Made by a program: the position numbers and the translations under genes. Positions 1 through 8,055 of a stretch of 13,193 nt of DNA are shown one piece after another. The notes beneath the pieces were generated by a model that was not told the origin of the DNA, searched no databases, and was given only the letters and a program-made list of their open reading frames with translations. Source of the DNA: Promethearchaeota archaeon (GTDB taxonomy: Archaea > Asgardarchaeota > Lokiarchaeia > Sigyniarchaeales > SOKP01); contig SHMW01000101.1 of the NCBI GenBank assembly GCA_008080735.1, positions 1-13,193 of the forward strand, in the 5' to 3' direction. Position 1 is the stretch's first letter, and every line of letters begins with the position of its first letter.

Positions 1-94
1 AAAATCAATAAATGAAGAGACTTATTTTTAATGAATCTAAGAGAAATTTTTAGTTCTGAATAAAAATAAAAACAAGTTTTTTTATTACTATATC

Positions 95-838
95 ATGAAA
101 AATGGGAATCATTTAAATCCGAAATTGGAAGAAAATATTAGGGATTTAATTAAGAAACAACTGGAAACTAGTGATGCGCTAATTGGGATAACATGTGGCA
201 CTCACGGAGGAACTTTTATTGCCAGTGAATTTCAAAAAGAAATTGCTATGAAACAACAAGAAATCACAGCGGCAAATAGTAGCATTTTATTTCTCTCTTC
301 CAAATTACTAAAAAATTCCTTAAATCAAGATATCTCTTACGATTTAATTGCAGGAAAACAGAGAATCGTTTTATCAGTTTTAACAGAACATATTACTTTG
401 ATAGCTCACTTAAACAGAGAATTAGCGGAATTAGAAGGAGTAAATAAATATATTTCCAAATTAAAAGAATTTGCATTACAAATTTCGGCAATTGTGGAAA
501 CTTCTGATATTATTAAAGAAGAGATTTTTGTAAAAGTAAAGAGAGCAATTCCAAATGCGCTTGTAATTGCTATCATTACAAAGGAAGGCATCCCGATTAA
601 AGTTCAAGCGACTATGGCTGAACCTATGCTCTCTGCAATGATTTCTGCTCTCTATAAATTATCAGGTATTTTATTAGAACAAAGCGGCTTAGAATATTCT
701 GTTATTGGAGGGAATGCAGGATCTATTATTATTGCCGAACTGGATGAGACCCGAATACTTTGCGTAGCAGTGCCTGAAGCCAAAGATACAAAACTCGGGG
801 GATATATTGCAAAAATTAAATCAATTATCGAATCTTAA
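95..838 (+). CDS. Tandem (double) Roadblock/LC7-MglB-like domain protein
   Basis: Two ~115-aa halves each show the Roadblock pattern: LIGITCGTHGGTFIAS vs LVIAIITKEGIPIKV, ITAANSSILFLSSKLL vs LSAMISALYKLSGILL, ISYDLIAGKQRIVL vs LEYSVIGGNAGSIII. Each half ends in an amphipathic helix. Confidence 0.75.
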   Translation: MKNGNHLNPKLEENIRDLIKKQLETSDALIGITCGTHGGTFIASEFQKEIAMKQQEITAANSSILFLSSKLLKNSLNQDISYDLIAGKQRIVLSVLTEHITLIAHLNRELAELEGVNKYISKLKEFALQISAIVETSDIIKEEIFVKVKRAIPNALVIAIITKEGIPIKVQATMAEPMLSAMISALYKLSGILLEQSGLEYSVIGGNAGSIIIAELDETRILCVAVPEAKDTKLGGYIAKIKSIIES

Positions 839-2080
839 TTATCCAACTAATCGAAAGATATCATCGGTAATTTTAAGGGCTTTAAAGAAGGATTCAGCAA
901 AATTCTTGTCCTTATATAAAATAGTACAGACAGGGTGATTTTTTTGAATGGGTTCTACTGGTGGGCTTTTATCATGTACATATTTCATTTTGTTAATAAT
1001 CTTAATTTTTGAAATTGGAATAGTATCTGGAGCAAAAACTATTAATTTTGTGGTAAAAGTATTCATTTCTGAGTTTTTTAGTACATTTTTCACTTTTTCC
1101 CATTTTGAAAGAGTAAAACTTTTTATGTGTAGATTTAATAAATTTAACCCTAAAGATTCCTCTGAAGCTCTAATAGATCCAGGAATTCTGGGATTAATCT
1201 CCATTAGGTAAGGTACGTGATCCTTGATTACAAAATCGAAGCCATTTATCCCTCTTAATTTTAAGGTGTCTGCTAAATTATTTGAAATTTTAAGAATTCT
1301 TTTCCTATCCGCTTGAGTTAAATAAGCTGGAACCACATTTCCACAATACATAAAAGGTTTGGGGGGATTTAATAGTTTTAATCCAATTATTTGGCGGTTT
1401 ATAGATATAATCTCAGTATCTCTTCCATTAGAAATGATAGTACAACTTACCGGAATTCCTTCAATATACTCTTGTAGTAACCATTCATTCAAAATATCCG
1501 AATCTTCAATCTGTTGGATTTTCATATTTAAATTGCTAATGTTATCTACTTTATACACATTAGCACCCCCAGAGCTTGATTTCTTCTTTAAGATTAGGGG
1601 AAATTGGAGATGGCCATAGACCTCAGTCTTGTTAAGAGGGATAGTGTGAGGGACCGAAAATCCATTTGACTTCAGATATGAATATATTTGCTCGATATCT
1701 CTTGCTCTCTTAATGGTTTCTAAATTATTATTGAGGCTAATAATCCGAGAATCTTTTTGGAGTATATACTCTAGAATCATTCTTCTCTCATCAAAGGCAT
1801 CATCCAGTCCACTCCCAATCAATAAAAAATCAATATTAGGGTGTCTTTTCAATAATTCAATACAAAATTTTGCTAAATAATATTTAAAATTTTCCTTGAG
1901 GTTTTCATATGTGTCATCTAATTCATCAGTAACAATTATAGAATCCTTAACATACGGATATAAGTCAAGATCACCGAAAAAATCTACAGCATAGACTTCT
2001 AATCCTGCTTTATGAAGTGAATATGCTAAAGGACGCACATTAAATCCAACAACAATTACCGATCCCTTCGCCTTTGACAT
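839..2080 (-). CDS. ATP-grasp domain carboxylate-amine ligase (COG2232-like, substrate unknown)
   Basis: N-terminal VVGFNVRPLA...AVDFFGDLDL, plus ATP-grasp motifs FPLILKKKSSSGG, WLLQEYIEG, GINGFDF and MEINPR. Confidence 0.88.
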   Translation of the reverse strand: MSKAKGSVIVVGFNVRPLAYSLHKAGLEVYAVDFFGDLDLYPYVKDSIIVTDELDDTYENLKENFKYYLAKFCIELLKRHPNIDFLLIGSGLDDAFDERRMILEYILQKDSRIISLNNNLETIKRARDIEQIYSYLKSNGFSVPHTIPLNKTEVYGHLQFPLILKKKSSSGGANVYKVDNISNLNMKIQQIEDSDILNEWLLQEYIEGIPVSCTIISNGRDTEIISINRQIIGLKLLNPPKPFMYCGNVVPAYLTQADRKRILKISNNLADTLKLRGINGFDFVIKDHVPYLMEINPRIPGSIRASEESLGLNLLNLHIKSFTLSKWEKVKNVLKNSEMNTFTTKLIVFAPDTIPISKIKIINKMKYVHDKSPPVEPIQKNHPVCTILYKDKNFAESFFKALKITDDIFRLVG

Positions 2081-2230
2081 TTAAAAGAAATATGAATAAT
2101 TAAATGAAAAAATGATTTTGCCTTAAAATAGTTTATAATCCCTATAGAAATCTAAAAACAAAATATAGAGTAAAAATGTATGATAATCAATAAGTCAATG
2201 CTCAAGTAGGAAATATAAGAAAAATGCAGG

Positions 2231-4435
2231 TTATATCATTTTTTTAAGCTTTAAAATTAAATTTTCGGGGTGATACTTATCAAATTGATAGAGCTCGGCA
2301 TTTCCGTAGACTTTAAAATTCTTTTTAATTTTATCTGCTGAATAAGGATGCACACCAAGTGCCTGCGTAGCGTAGCTCTTTTTGGGTTCAAGAACTACCA
2401 TATGAACCTTCTCTTGTGATAATTTTTTTGTAATTTCCTTTAATTCTTCGACAATTAAGGTATAATCACTTTCCACTTGAGCAATTAAATTAGGATGTTT
2501 GACTGATATATTTGCTCCACAATCGGAGCATATAAATATAACAGGGATAATGTTTCTGTTCTTTAAGCGTTCAATTTTAATAAGTTCTTGACATTTCTTT
2601 AAGCCCGCAGCCATAGGAGTATAAGATTTACCTTCTAAATCTTTTAATTTTTGTATCGCATTCTGAAATGATACCGTCGGTTTTTGGAGAACAACCGCAT
2701 CCTTCCCGCGAAAGACTATTAATGAGATTTTATCTTTCTTTCTATATCCTTCTCGTTGAAGAGATAAAATTACATCGGTCATTTGTTTTATTACATAATA
2801 CATTGATGCTGAGCTATCAAGCACAAAAAACAGGCATAGAGGTGCACGATATTCATAGATTTTGTCTTTTAAATCGTATTTATCAAATTTGATAGGAAAA
2901 TCAATCTCGGTATCGTTGTATACCGCATTTTTCAAATACGTTCTAATGGTGGCATCTAATGCTATACTTTTTGGTTGCTGTCCAATTGGAGAGCGGTAAG
3001 ATACATATCGTCCTTTTTGAGATGATGCGATTTTGATACGACGTCCAATCCCACGTCCACCATAATCAGATATTTTACGATCCTTACGTATATTATCGAG
3101 GATTGATGTCATTTTTTTTTCCATTTTGTAAATTAATGGAATTACATCAAATCCATTGTCGGTGAGATTGAAATCCTCCTCTGCTGGAATTTCTTTAACC
3201 TTCCAGCCTCCAGCAGGATGTCGATTACGTTTTTTTTCATCCTCATATTTCGGAGGGGGTAATTTCTGCTCTTTTGTTTCTGGTATATCTACTTTATCAG
3301 GATCAATGGATTGGCGTTTGAATTCTTCTTGAGGCTCATCCGAATGTTTTAATGGACCCTCTGTCTCATCATTAGGTTGATATATATCGGGATCTTCATA
3401 GGCCTCACGTATTTTTCCATAAACTTCCATGATTTTGCTTTTTATCTCTTCGGGAGTCATTTCGTAATGTAGAGATTTTATTCTATGCTCGAACACTAAA
3501 TCCATCGCGATATTAAGATCTTCCTCAATTAAATGGTCTCTATTATTAAAGGCAGCATGTGCACGCGCACATCTTATAAAAGTGATATCTGCTCTCTGGG
3601 AAAATATATCCAATTCATTAACTGTTTGAGCTACTAACTCATAGATTTTGTTTGGAATCTTGACATTTTTAATTATTTTTCTCGCTTGAAGAAGCTTTTT
3701 ACGTAATTCCTTCTGTTCATCTTCATATTTTTTGATGAATTCTTTTGGATTGTCGTTGAATTCAATTACTCTTTTAGTAATTTCTGCACGTATGCTTGGA
3801 TCACGTGGAGCTTTGATCTTCACTTCCAAGCCTAACCTATCTGCGATTTGTGGTCTTAATTCTCCTTCCTCTGGATTCATACTCCCCACTAATACAAATC
3901 GTGAAGGATGCATAACAGAGATACCCTCACGTTCAATAATATTCACGCCAGATGCCGACGCATCTAATAGCGTATCTACAATATGGTCTTGTAGAAGGTT
4001 AATCTCATCAATATAGAGAATACCCCTATTTGCCTTTGCCAATAATCCAGGATGCAATTCAGAAATACCTTCAGTCAGGACTTTATCGATCGAAAGTGAG
4101 CCTGTGACCATATCTTCTGTTACTCCTAAAGGAAGATTGACTAAGCGCATATCACGCTTCATCGTTTCAATTTCCCCTTCTTTTTTCTTTTTTTGGCATT
4201 CAGTACATAACTCATCCATGTCAGAATTTGGATCGCATGAAAAGGGACATGCTTTTACCACTTCAATTTGAGGCATTACTTCAACTAATGACCGAACAGC
4301 GGTTGACTTGCCGGTTCCTTGATGACCAGACAAGAGAACACCGCCCACTTGGGGATCAATTACGTTAAGAATCAACGCCATTTTCATCCTTTGTTGTCCC
4401 AAAATCGCTGTAAAGGGGAAGTTTAATTTTTTCAT
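2231..4435 (-). CDS. Magnesium/cobalt chelatase ChlI/ChlD-family AAA+ ATPase with C-terminal vWA domain
   Basis: FPFTAILGQ start, Walker A GHQGTGKST, Cys cluster CPFSCDP...CTEC, PGLLAKANRGILYIDE (Walker B) and GSMNPEEGELRPQIADR. An acidic/Pro-rich linker leads to a vWA domain with MIDAS DSSAS, TPMAAGL and ICSD. Confidence 0.92.
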   Translation of the reverse strand: MKKLNFPFTAILGQQRMKMALILNVIDPQVGGVLLSGHQGTGKSTAVRSLVEVMPQIEVVKACPFSCDPNSDMDELCTECQKKKKEGEIETMKRDMRLVNLPLGVTEDMVTGSLSIDKVLTEGISELHPGLLAKANRGILYIDEINLLQDHIVDTLLDASASGVNIIEREGISVMHPSRFVLVGSMNPEEGELRPQIADRLGLEVKIKAPRDPSIRAEITKRVIEFNDNPKEFIKKYEDEQKELRKKLLQARKIIKNVKIPNKIYELVAQTVNELDIFSQRADITFIRCARAHAAFNNRDHLIEEDLNIAMDLVFEHRIKSLHYEMTPEEIKSKIMEVYGKIREAYEDPDIYQPNDETEGPLKHSDEPQEEFKRQSIDPDKVDIPETKEQKLPPPKYEDEKKRNRHPAGGWKVKEIPAEEDFNLTDNGFDVIPLIYKMEKKMTSILDNIRKDRKISDYGGRGIGRRIKIASSQKGRYVSYRSPIGQQPKSIALDATIRTYLKNAVYNDTEIDFPIKFDKYDLKDKIYEYRAPLCLFFVLDSSASMYYVIKQMTDVILSLQREGYRKKDKISLIVFRGKDAVVLQKPTVSFQNAIQKLKDLEGKSYTPMAAGLKKCQELIKIERLKNRNIIPVIFICSDCGANISVKHPNLIAQVESDYTLIVEELKEITKKLSQEKVHMVVLEPKKSYATQALGVHPYSADKIKKNFKVYGNAELYQFDKYHPENLILKLKKMI

Positions 4436-4613
4436 CTTTAATTGCGTAATTAACTGTTATATTTTTAAAATCTTAGATACTCAAAAGAAAAAAGAAATAA
4501 AAAGTTTCTAAAATCAAACAAATTGGTAATGATATCAAATAGAAAATAACTATCTTTAATAGAAAACCCGTAGACAAATTCATAACAAACAATTTTTATG
4601 AAGTGAAGAGATA

Positions 4614-4781
4614 GTGGATGAATTTGTTTTATGTCAGAGTTGCGGAGAGAATGAAGAAGGAGATGAGGTGTTTTCCTGTAATAATTGTGGGAATATGATC
4701 TGTGAGATATGCGCACGCGCCTGTAAATATTGCGGAGAATACTTTTGTGACTCTTGTTATGAAGTTCATGGATGTCGGTAA
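4614..4781 (+). CDS. Small Cys-rich multi-zinc-finger protein (55 aa; 5x CxxC + HxC), not in ORF track
   Basis: Manual translation from GTG 4614 to TAA 4779-4781: MDEFVLCQSCGENEEGDEVFSCNNCGNMICEICARACKYCGEYFCDSCYEVHGCR. It has 11 Cys and 1 His in regular CxxC pairs. It fills the gap between the chelatase and radical SAM genes and is more GC-rich than the flanking DNA. Confidence 0.85.
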   Translation: MDEFVLCQSCGENEEGDEVFSCNNCGNMICEICARACKYCGEYFCDSCYEVHGCR

Positions 4782-4850
4782 GTTAAGCTTACAAGATAAT
4801 TCGCTAAGGAATTAAATAAATTGAGAATAGACTTATTAACCATAATTTTA

Positions 4851-4860
4851 TTTCTTTTTT
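4851..4860 (+). terminator. Possible oligo-T terminator downstream of the Cys-rich gene
   Basis: TTTCTTTTTT about 70 bp after the stop at 4781. Archaeal-type T tract, but the region is AT-rich. Confidence 0.3.
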
Positions 4861-4876
4861 ATGTATTAAAGTTCCA

Positions 4877-4884
4877 TTATATAT
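4877..4884 (+). promoter_or_regulatory. Putative archaeal TATA box for the radical SAM gene (leaderless transcript)
   Basis: TTATATAT 20-27 bp upstream of ATG 4904. No SD-like sequence precedes the ATG. Confidence 0.4.
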
Positions 4885-4903
4885 TCATCCCCATACCAAT
4901 AAC

Positions 4904-6067
4904 ATGAATAGGTATAAACTTCTCAATATCGCGAAAACATATTTTAAATCGGTATTTTATTCCATCTTGCCCAAGAGAACGGTACCTCTATGGACACATT
5001 TATGGGTGACTCGTAGATGTAATCTAAGATGTAAATACTGCTATGTTTCTCATGAAAAATATCCTGAAATGAATACAATAGAGCTTAAAAAAGCAATCAA
5101 GCATATTAAAGAAAAGTTGCATTGTAGTTTCATTGCTTTAATGGGAGGAGAACCCACCATCAGAAAGGATTTGCCCGAGATCATTCAGTATATGACGGAT
5201 TTAAATATAACCTCCTTTTTGACGACGAATGGAACATTACTGGATGAACGCAAAATTTTTCAACTTTGTGAATCTGATGTTGATTTCATAGAATTATCTC
5301 TCGATGGGATGAGCCCCTCTCCTATCAGTGAAAAAACGGGTCAAAACCTAATGAATATCCTTGAAATTTTAATCAAATACACTAAAACTTATGACGTGGG
5401 GCTCTCTATTAATATGGTAATTACAAAACAGAACTATAAGGAATTATATGAGTTGATTCGATTAGTCTCCGGAGAACCCATATCTATTACAACGGGATTA
5501 TATATTCCAGACCTACAAGATGAAAAAAATATTCTCGATGATCCTTTTGCTTTTATTTCCTCTGAAGATCTAATCAATCTTGATGGTTTTGTTAACCGAA
5601 TTATTAATCTTAAAAATAAGGGAGCATTCCTTGCGATGGATGACTCATATTACAAAAAATGGGTTCCTTTTATGAGAGAACTATTAAAACGTCCACCTCA
5701 AAAACCAAAAAAACTCTGGAAATGTAAAGCAGGGAAAAATTTTCTTGAGATTGATTGCGATGGTAGAATTCGATATTGTTCCTATTTGAATCAATTAGTT
5801 GATGAAGATCTAACGATTATTGATTTGGATTTATCCTATTACCATCAATTAGGCTCGAGATTTAAAAATATGTTGAAGAGATGTAATAATAGATGTCTTT
5901 CAAATTGTTTTTACCAAGTGAGTTTAATTAAGAATCATCCATTTAAGTTTGCCGATGAATTCGTATTTAAGCACGCAATGCCTTTTGTATATGAGTTGTT
6001 TGACCGAGAGAAGACATCGGAGAAAATGGCACTAAAAAATGAATGGCGGAAGAAATTTAATTATTGA
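4904..6067 (+). CDS. Radical SAM enzyme (MoaA/PqqE-like superfamily) with C-terminal Twitch/SPASM-like Cys cluster
   Basis: CNLRCKYC (CxxxCxxC), MGGEP, TTNG and LSLDG motifs. C-terminal CKAGKNFLEIDCDGRIRYC and CNNRCLSNC could bind an auxiliary Fe-S cluster. Confidence 0.92.
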   Translation: MNRYKLLNIAKTYFKSVFYSILPKRTVPLWTHLWVTRRCNLRCKYCYVSHEKYPEMNTIELKKAIKHIKEKLHCSFIALMGGEPTIRKDLPEIIQYMTDLNITSFLTTNGTLLDERKIFQLCESDVDFIELSLDGMSPSPISEKTGQNLMNILEILIKYTKTYDVGLSINMVITKQNYKELYELIRLVSGEPISITTGLYIPDLQDEKNILDDPFAFISSEDLINLDGFVNRIINLKNKGAFLAMDDSYYKKWVPFMRELLKRPPQKPKKLWKCKAGKNFLEIDCDGRIRYCSYLNQLVDEDLTIIDLDLSYYHQLGSRFKNMLKRCNNRCLSNCFYQVSLIKNHPFKFADEFVFKHAMPFVYELFDREKTSEKMALKNEWRKKFNY

Positions 6068-6143
6068 ATCCAATAACTTACGACGAGATAGTTCGCAATT
6101 TGAAGAGATAAGGAATTATAATTTATCTGATTTATACTAAGAG

Positions 6144-7094
6144 CTAAAATTTATTGGCTAATTCTTCAAATTTGGAGTTTAATGTCGCCACTTTTTCATC
6201 CCATTTAGATAAGATTTCATTTACTTTCGGAATTACTCGTTCTCTCTCTTTAAACTCGAGATAATTCATAAAATCTTTGATATTTTCAATATTTATGAAT
6301 GTTTTTGCCACAAACTTTCGAATATCTTTTACTTGTTCTTCTAAGACTTCTTGAGTTCGGTGTTGCTCTCCTTTCCTAACCAATGTTTTTAGATACTCCT
6401 CTGTACCTAATAATTTAGAATTCAATTCATTGATTTTATCAGAGATATATTTCTCATACCGTTCATAGATATCCCTACGAGGAAAAAAGTTAGTTATATC
6501 GATGATAAATTTTTGAATTTGTTTAACCATCTGCTCTCTGCTTTCATACCCTTCAATTTGATAATCGATTTCATGATAGGATGCTTCAATCCCTCTATTT
6601 ACATCATCCAAACGGAAGATTTTAAATCCAGGATCATTTTTGAGTTGTTTCACTGGATCACCTTTCTTTTCAGGAAGTTCGACTTGTCGGATGAGGCGCA
6701 CCGGATTAAAAACTAAGGAAACGGCTTTCGGATTGTTTTGCTGGTAAGAAAGGGTTGTTTTTACATCTAACTGGGACATCATTACTTTAAAGCCAGGATG
6801 ACTATGCCACCATCCAAGCGTAAAATCGCCTTGAGAGAATGCTCTATCGTCAATAATACTAAAAGACTCATAATCTTCGGTATTCCAATATACCTTATCA
6901 ATGATATCTTCAGGGTTTTTCTCTTGATGCGTAATCGGATAAGCCTCAGAAATAATTACGTCCTCACCTTCAATATTTCCAATGAATATTCCGTAGACTT
7001 CCAACCAGTCATCTTCGGGCATCCGCGTGTTCGCAAAACGTACGCTCGCAGCAACAATGGTTTTGTAAACTTCTTTCGGTATTATTACTGTCAT
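6144..7094 (-). CDS. MPN+/JAMM metalloisopeptidase (Rpn11/CSN5-like) with C-terminal helical domain
   Basis: Catalytic Glu in WLEVYGIFIG and a complete HxHx7Sx2D motif in GWWHSHPGFKVMMSQLD (H97, H99, S107, D110). The C-terminal ~130 aa look alpha-helical. Confidence 0.9.
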   Translation of the reverse strand: MTVIIPKEVYKTIVAASVRFANTRMPEDDWLEVYGIFIGNIEGEDVIISEAYPITHQEKNPEDIIDKVYWNTEDYESFSIIDDRAFSQGDFTLGWWHSHPGFKVMMSQLDVKTTLSYQQNNPKAVSLVFNPVRLIRQVELPEKKGDPVKQLKNDPGFKIFRLDDVNRGIEASYHEIDYQIEGYESREQMVKQIQKFIIDITNFFPRRDIYERYEKYISDKINELNSKLLGTEEYLKTLVRKGEQHRTQEVLEEQVKDIRKFVAKTFINIENIKDFMNYLEFKERERVIPKVNEILSKWDEKVATLNSKFEELANKF

Positions 7095-7387
7095 TTTTGA
7101 TCAAAAAAGTATTTTAGTATCTTTTCTTAATAATACAAATATTCGTATTTAACTTTTTATCATTGAAAATGCGAGAAAACTCATCCCTTAAGGGAAACAA
7201 GATTATTCAAAATTATTCCTAATTGAAAAGAAATAGTTTAGAAGTTGAATTATTATTCCAAATAGAAATTACATAATACATCTAAAAATATAATAGATTT
7301 AAAATCATAAATTACTATTATTAAGTTAATTCAATTAATACATAATAAAGTATAGTTCAAGTTTATCTAAAGAGGATACACAGAAAA

Positions 7388-8014
7388 ATGACTGAAAAAG
7401 GATTTGAACCATTATCCAGCCAGCTAGGTATACCTGGGACTTCATACCGGCTCCAGCTTGGATTAATTAACGATAAATGGGCATCTCGGATTCTTAAGGG
7501 AAATAATATTATCGATTCTTACGTATTTAAGGATGAGGATGTCGGGGGAGGTTATCCTAATCAAAATCTAATCGTGGGTTGGGTTCTTAGAACCGTTGCG
7601 ATTCCAAATATCAATCCACATCAAGTTATGAAAACAACTCAAGCGTTAATGAAGCAAGCACGGACTAATAAGGAGAAACAAAAAGTTAAAGCACCACTTT
7701 CCGAAACTAAAGACGTGGAATTGGAGAGGGTTCCAGAAACTGAAATAAAGCGACCAAAAACAAGTGGATGGGTAAAAGAAGAAGCTCCGAGTTCTATGAG
7801 CGAGTCTGAAAAACGTCAAGCGTTTCAAGAGAGAGTAAAAACTAAAAAGGAGGGTGAAGCAACTAGCAGCCAACATAAACGTGAGCTTCCGAAGATTCCA
7901 AGTGCTGGTGGTGAGGAGATGAGCGAAGCAGAAAAGACTTTTTGCCCCTTCTGTGGAAAAGATTTGACTTTTATTTATTGCCCTTACTGTGGTAAGAAAC
8001 TACCACATGACTGA
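7388..8014 (+). CDS. Hypothetical protein: N-terminal globular domain, charged low-complexity linker, C-terminal zinc ribbon
   Basis: 208-aa ORF with SD-like GAGGA at 7372-7376. C-terminus CPFCGKDLTFIYCPYCGKKL provides four Cys (CPxCG-x7-CPxCG). Confidence 0.8.
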   Translation: MTEKGFEPLSSQLGIPGTSYRLQLGLINDKWASRILKGNNIIDSYVFKDEDVGGGYPNQNLIVGWVLRTVAIPNINPHQVMKTTQALMKQARTNKEKQKVKAPLSETKDVELERVPETEIKRPKTSGWVKEEAPSSMSESEKRQAFQERVKTKKEGEATSSQHKRELPKIPSAGGEEMSEAEKTFCPFCGKDLTFIYCPYCGKKLPHD

Positions 8015-8048
8015 ATGATTTGGTGCGTCTAATTAATTTTTATATTAC

Positions 8049-8055
8049 TTTTTTT
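8049..8055 (+). terminator. Possible oligo-T terminator of the Zn-ribbon gene
   Basis: T7 run about 35 bp after the stop at 8014. Confidence 0.35.

Noticed and set aside
406-4016. Short ORFs 406-591, 948-1211, 1359-1619, 2668-2892 and 3732-4016
   Set aside because: Antisense shadows lying wholly inside well-supported genes, with no recognisable motifs.
2231-4435. Evidence for (bacterio)chlorophyll synthesis
   Set aside because: ChlI/D-like proteins are widespread in non-phototrophic archaea, and no other photosynthesis genes are present.
4598-4613. In-frame TGA (4599-4601) upstream of the Cys-rich ORF as possible selenocysteine readthrough
   Set aside because: No start codon lies between the upstream in-frame TAG (4560-4562) and this TGA, and I recognised no SECIS element.
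4465-4716. 83-aa minus-strand ORF from the track
   Set aside because: It overlaps the much more convincing Cys-rich plus-strand ORF (4614-4781), and its composition reflects AT-rich intergenic DNA.
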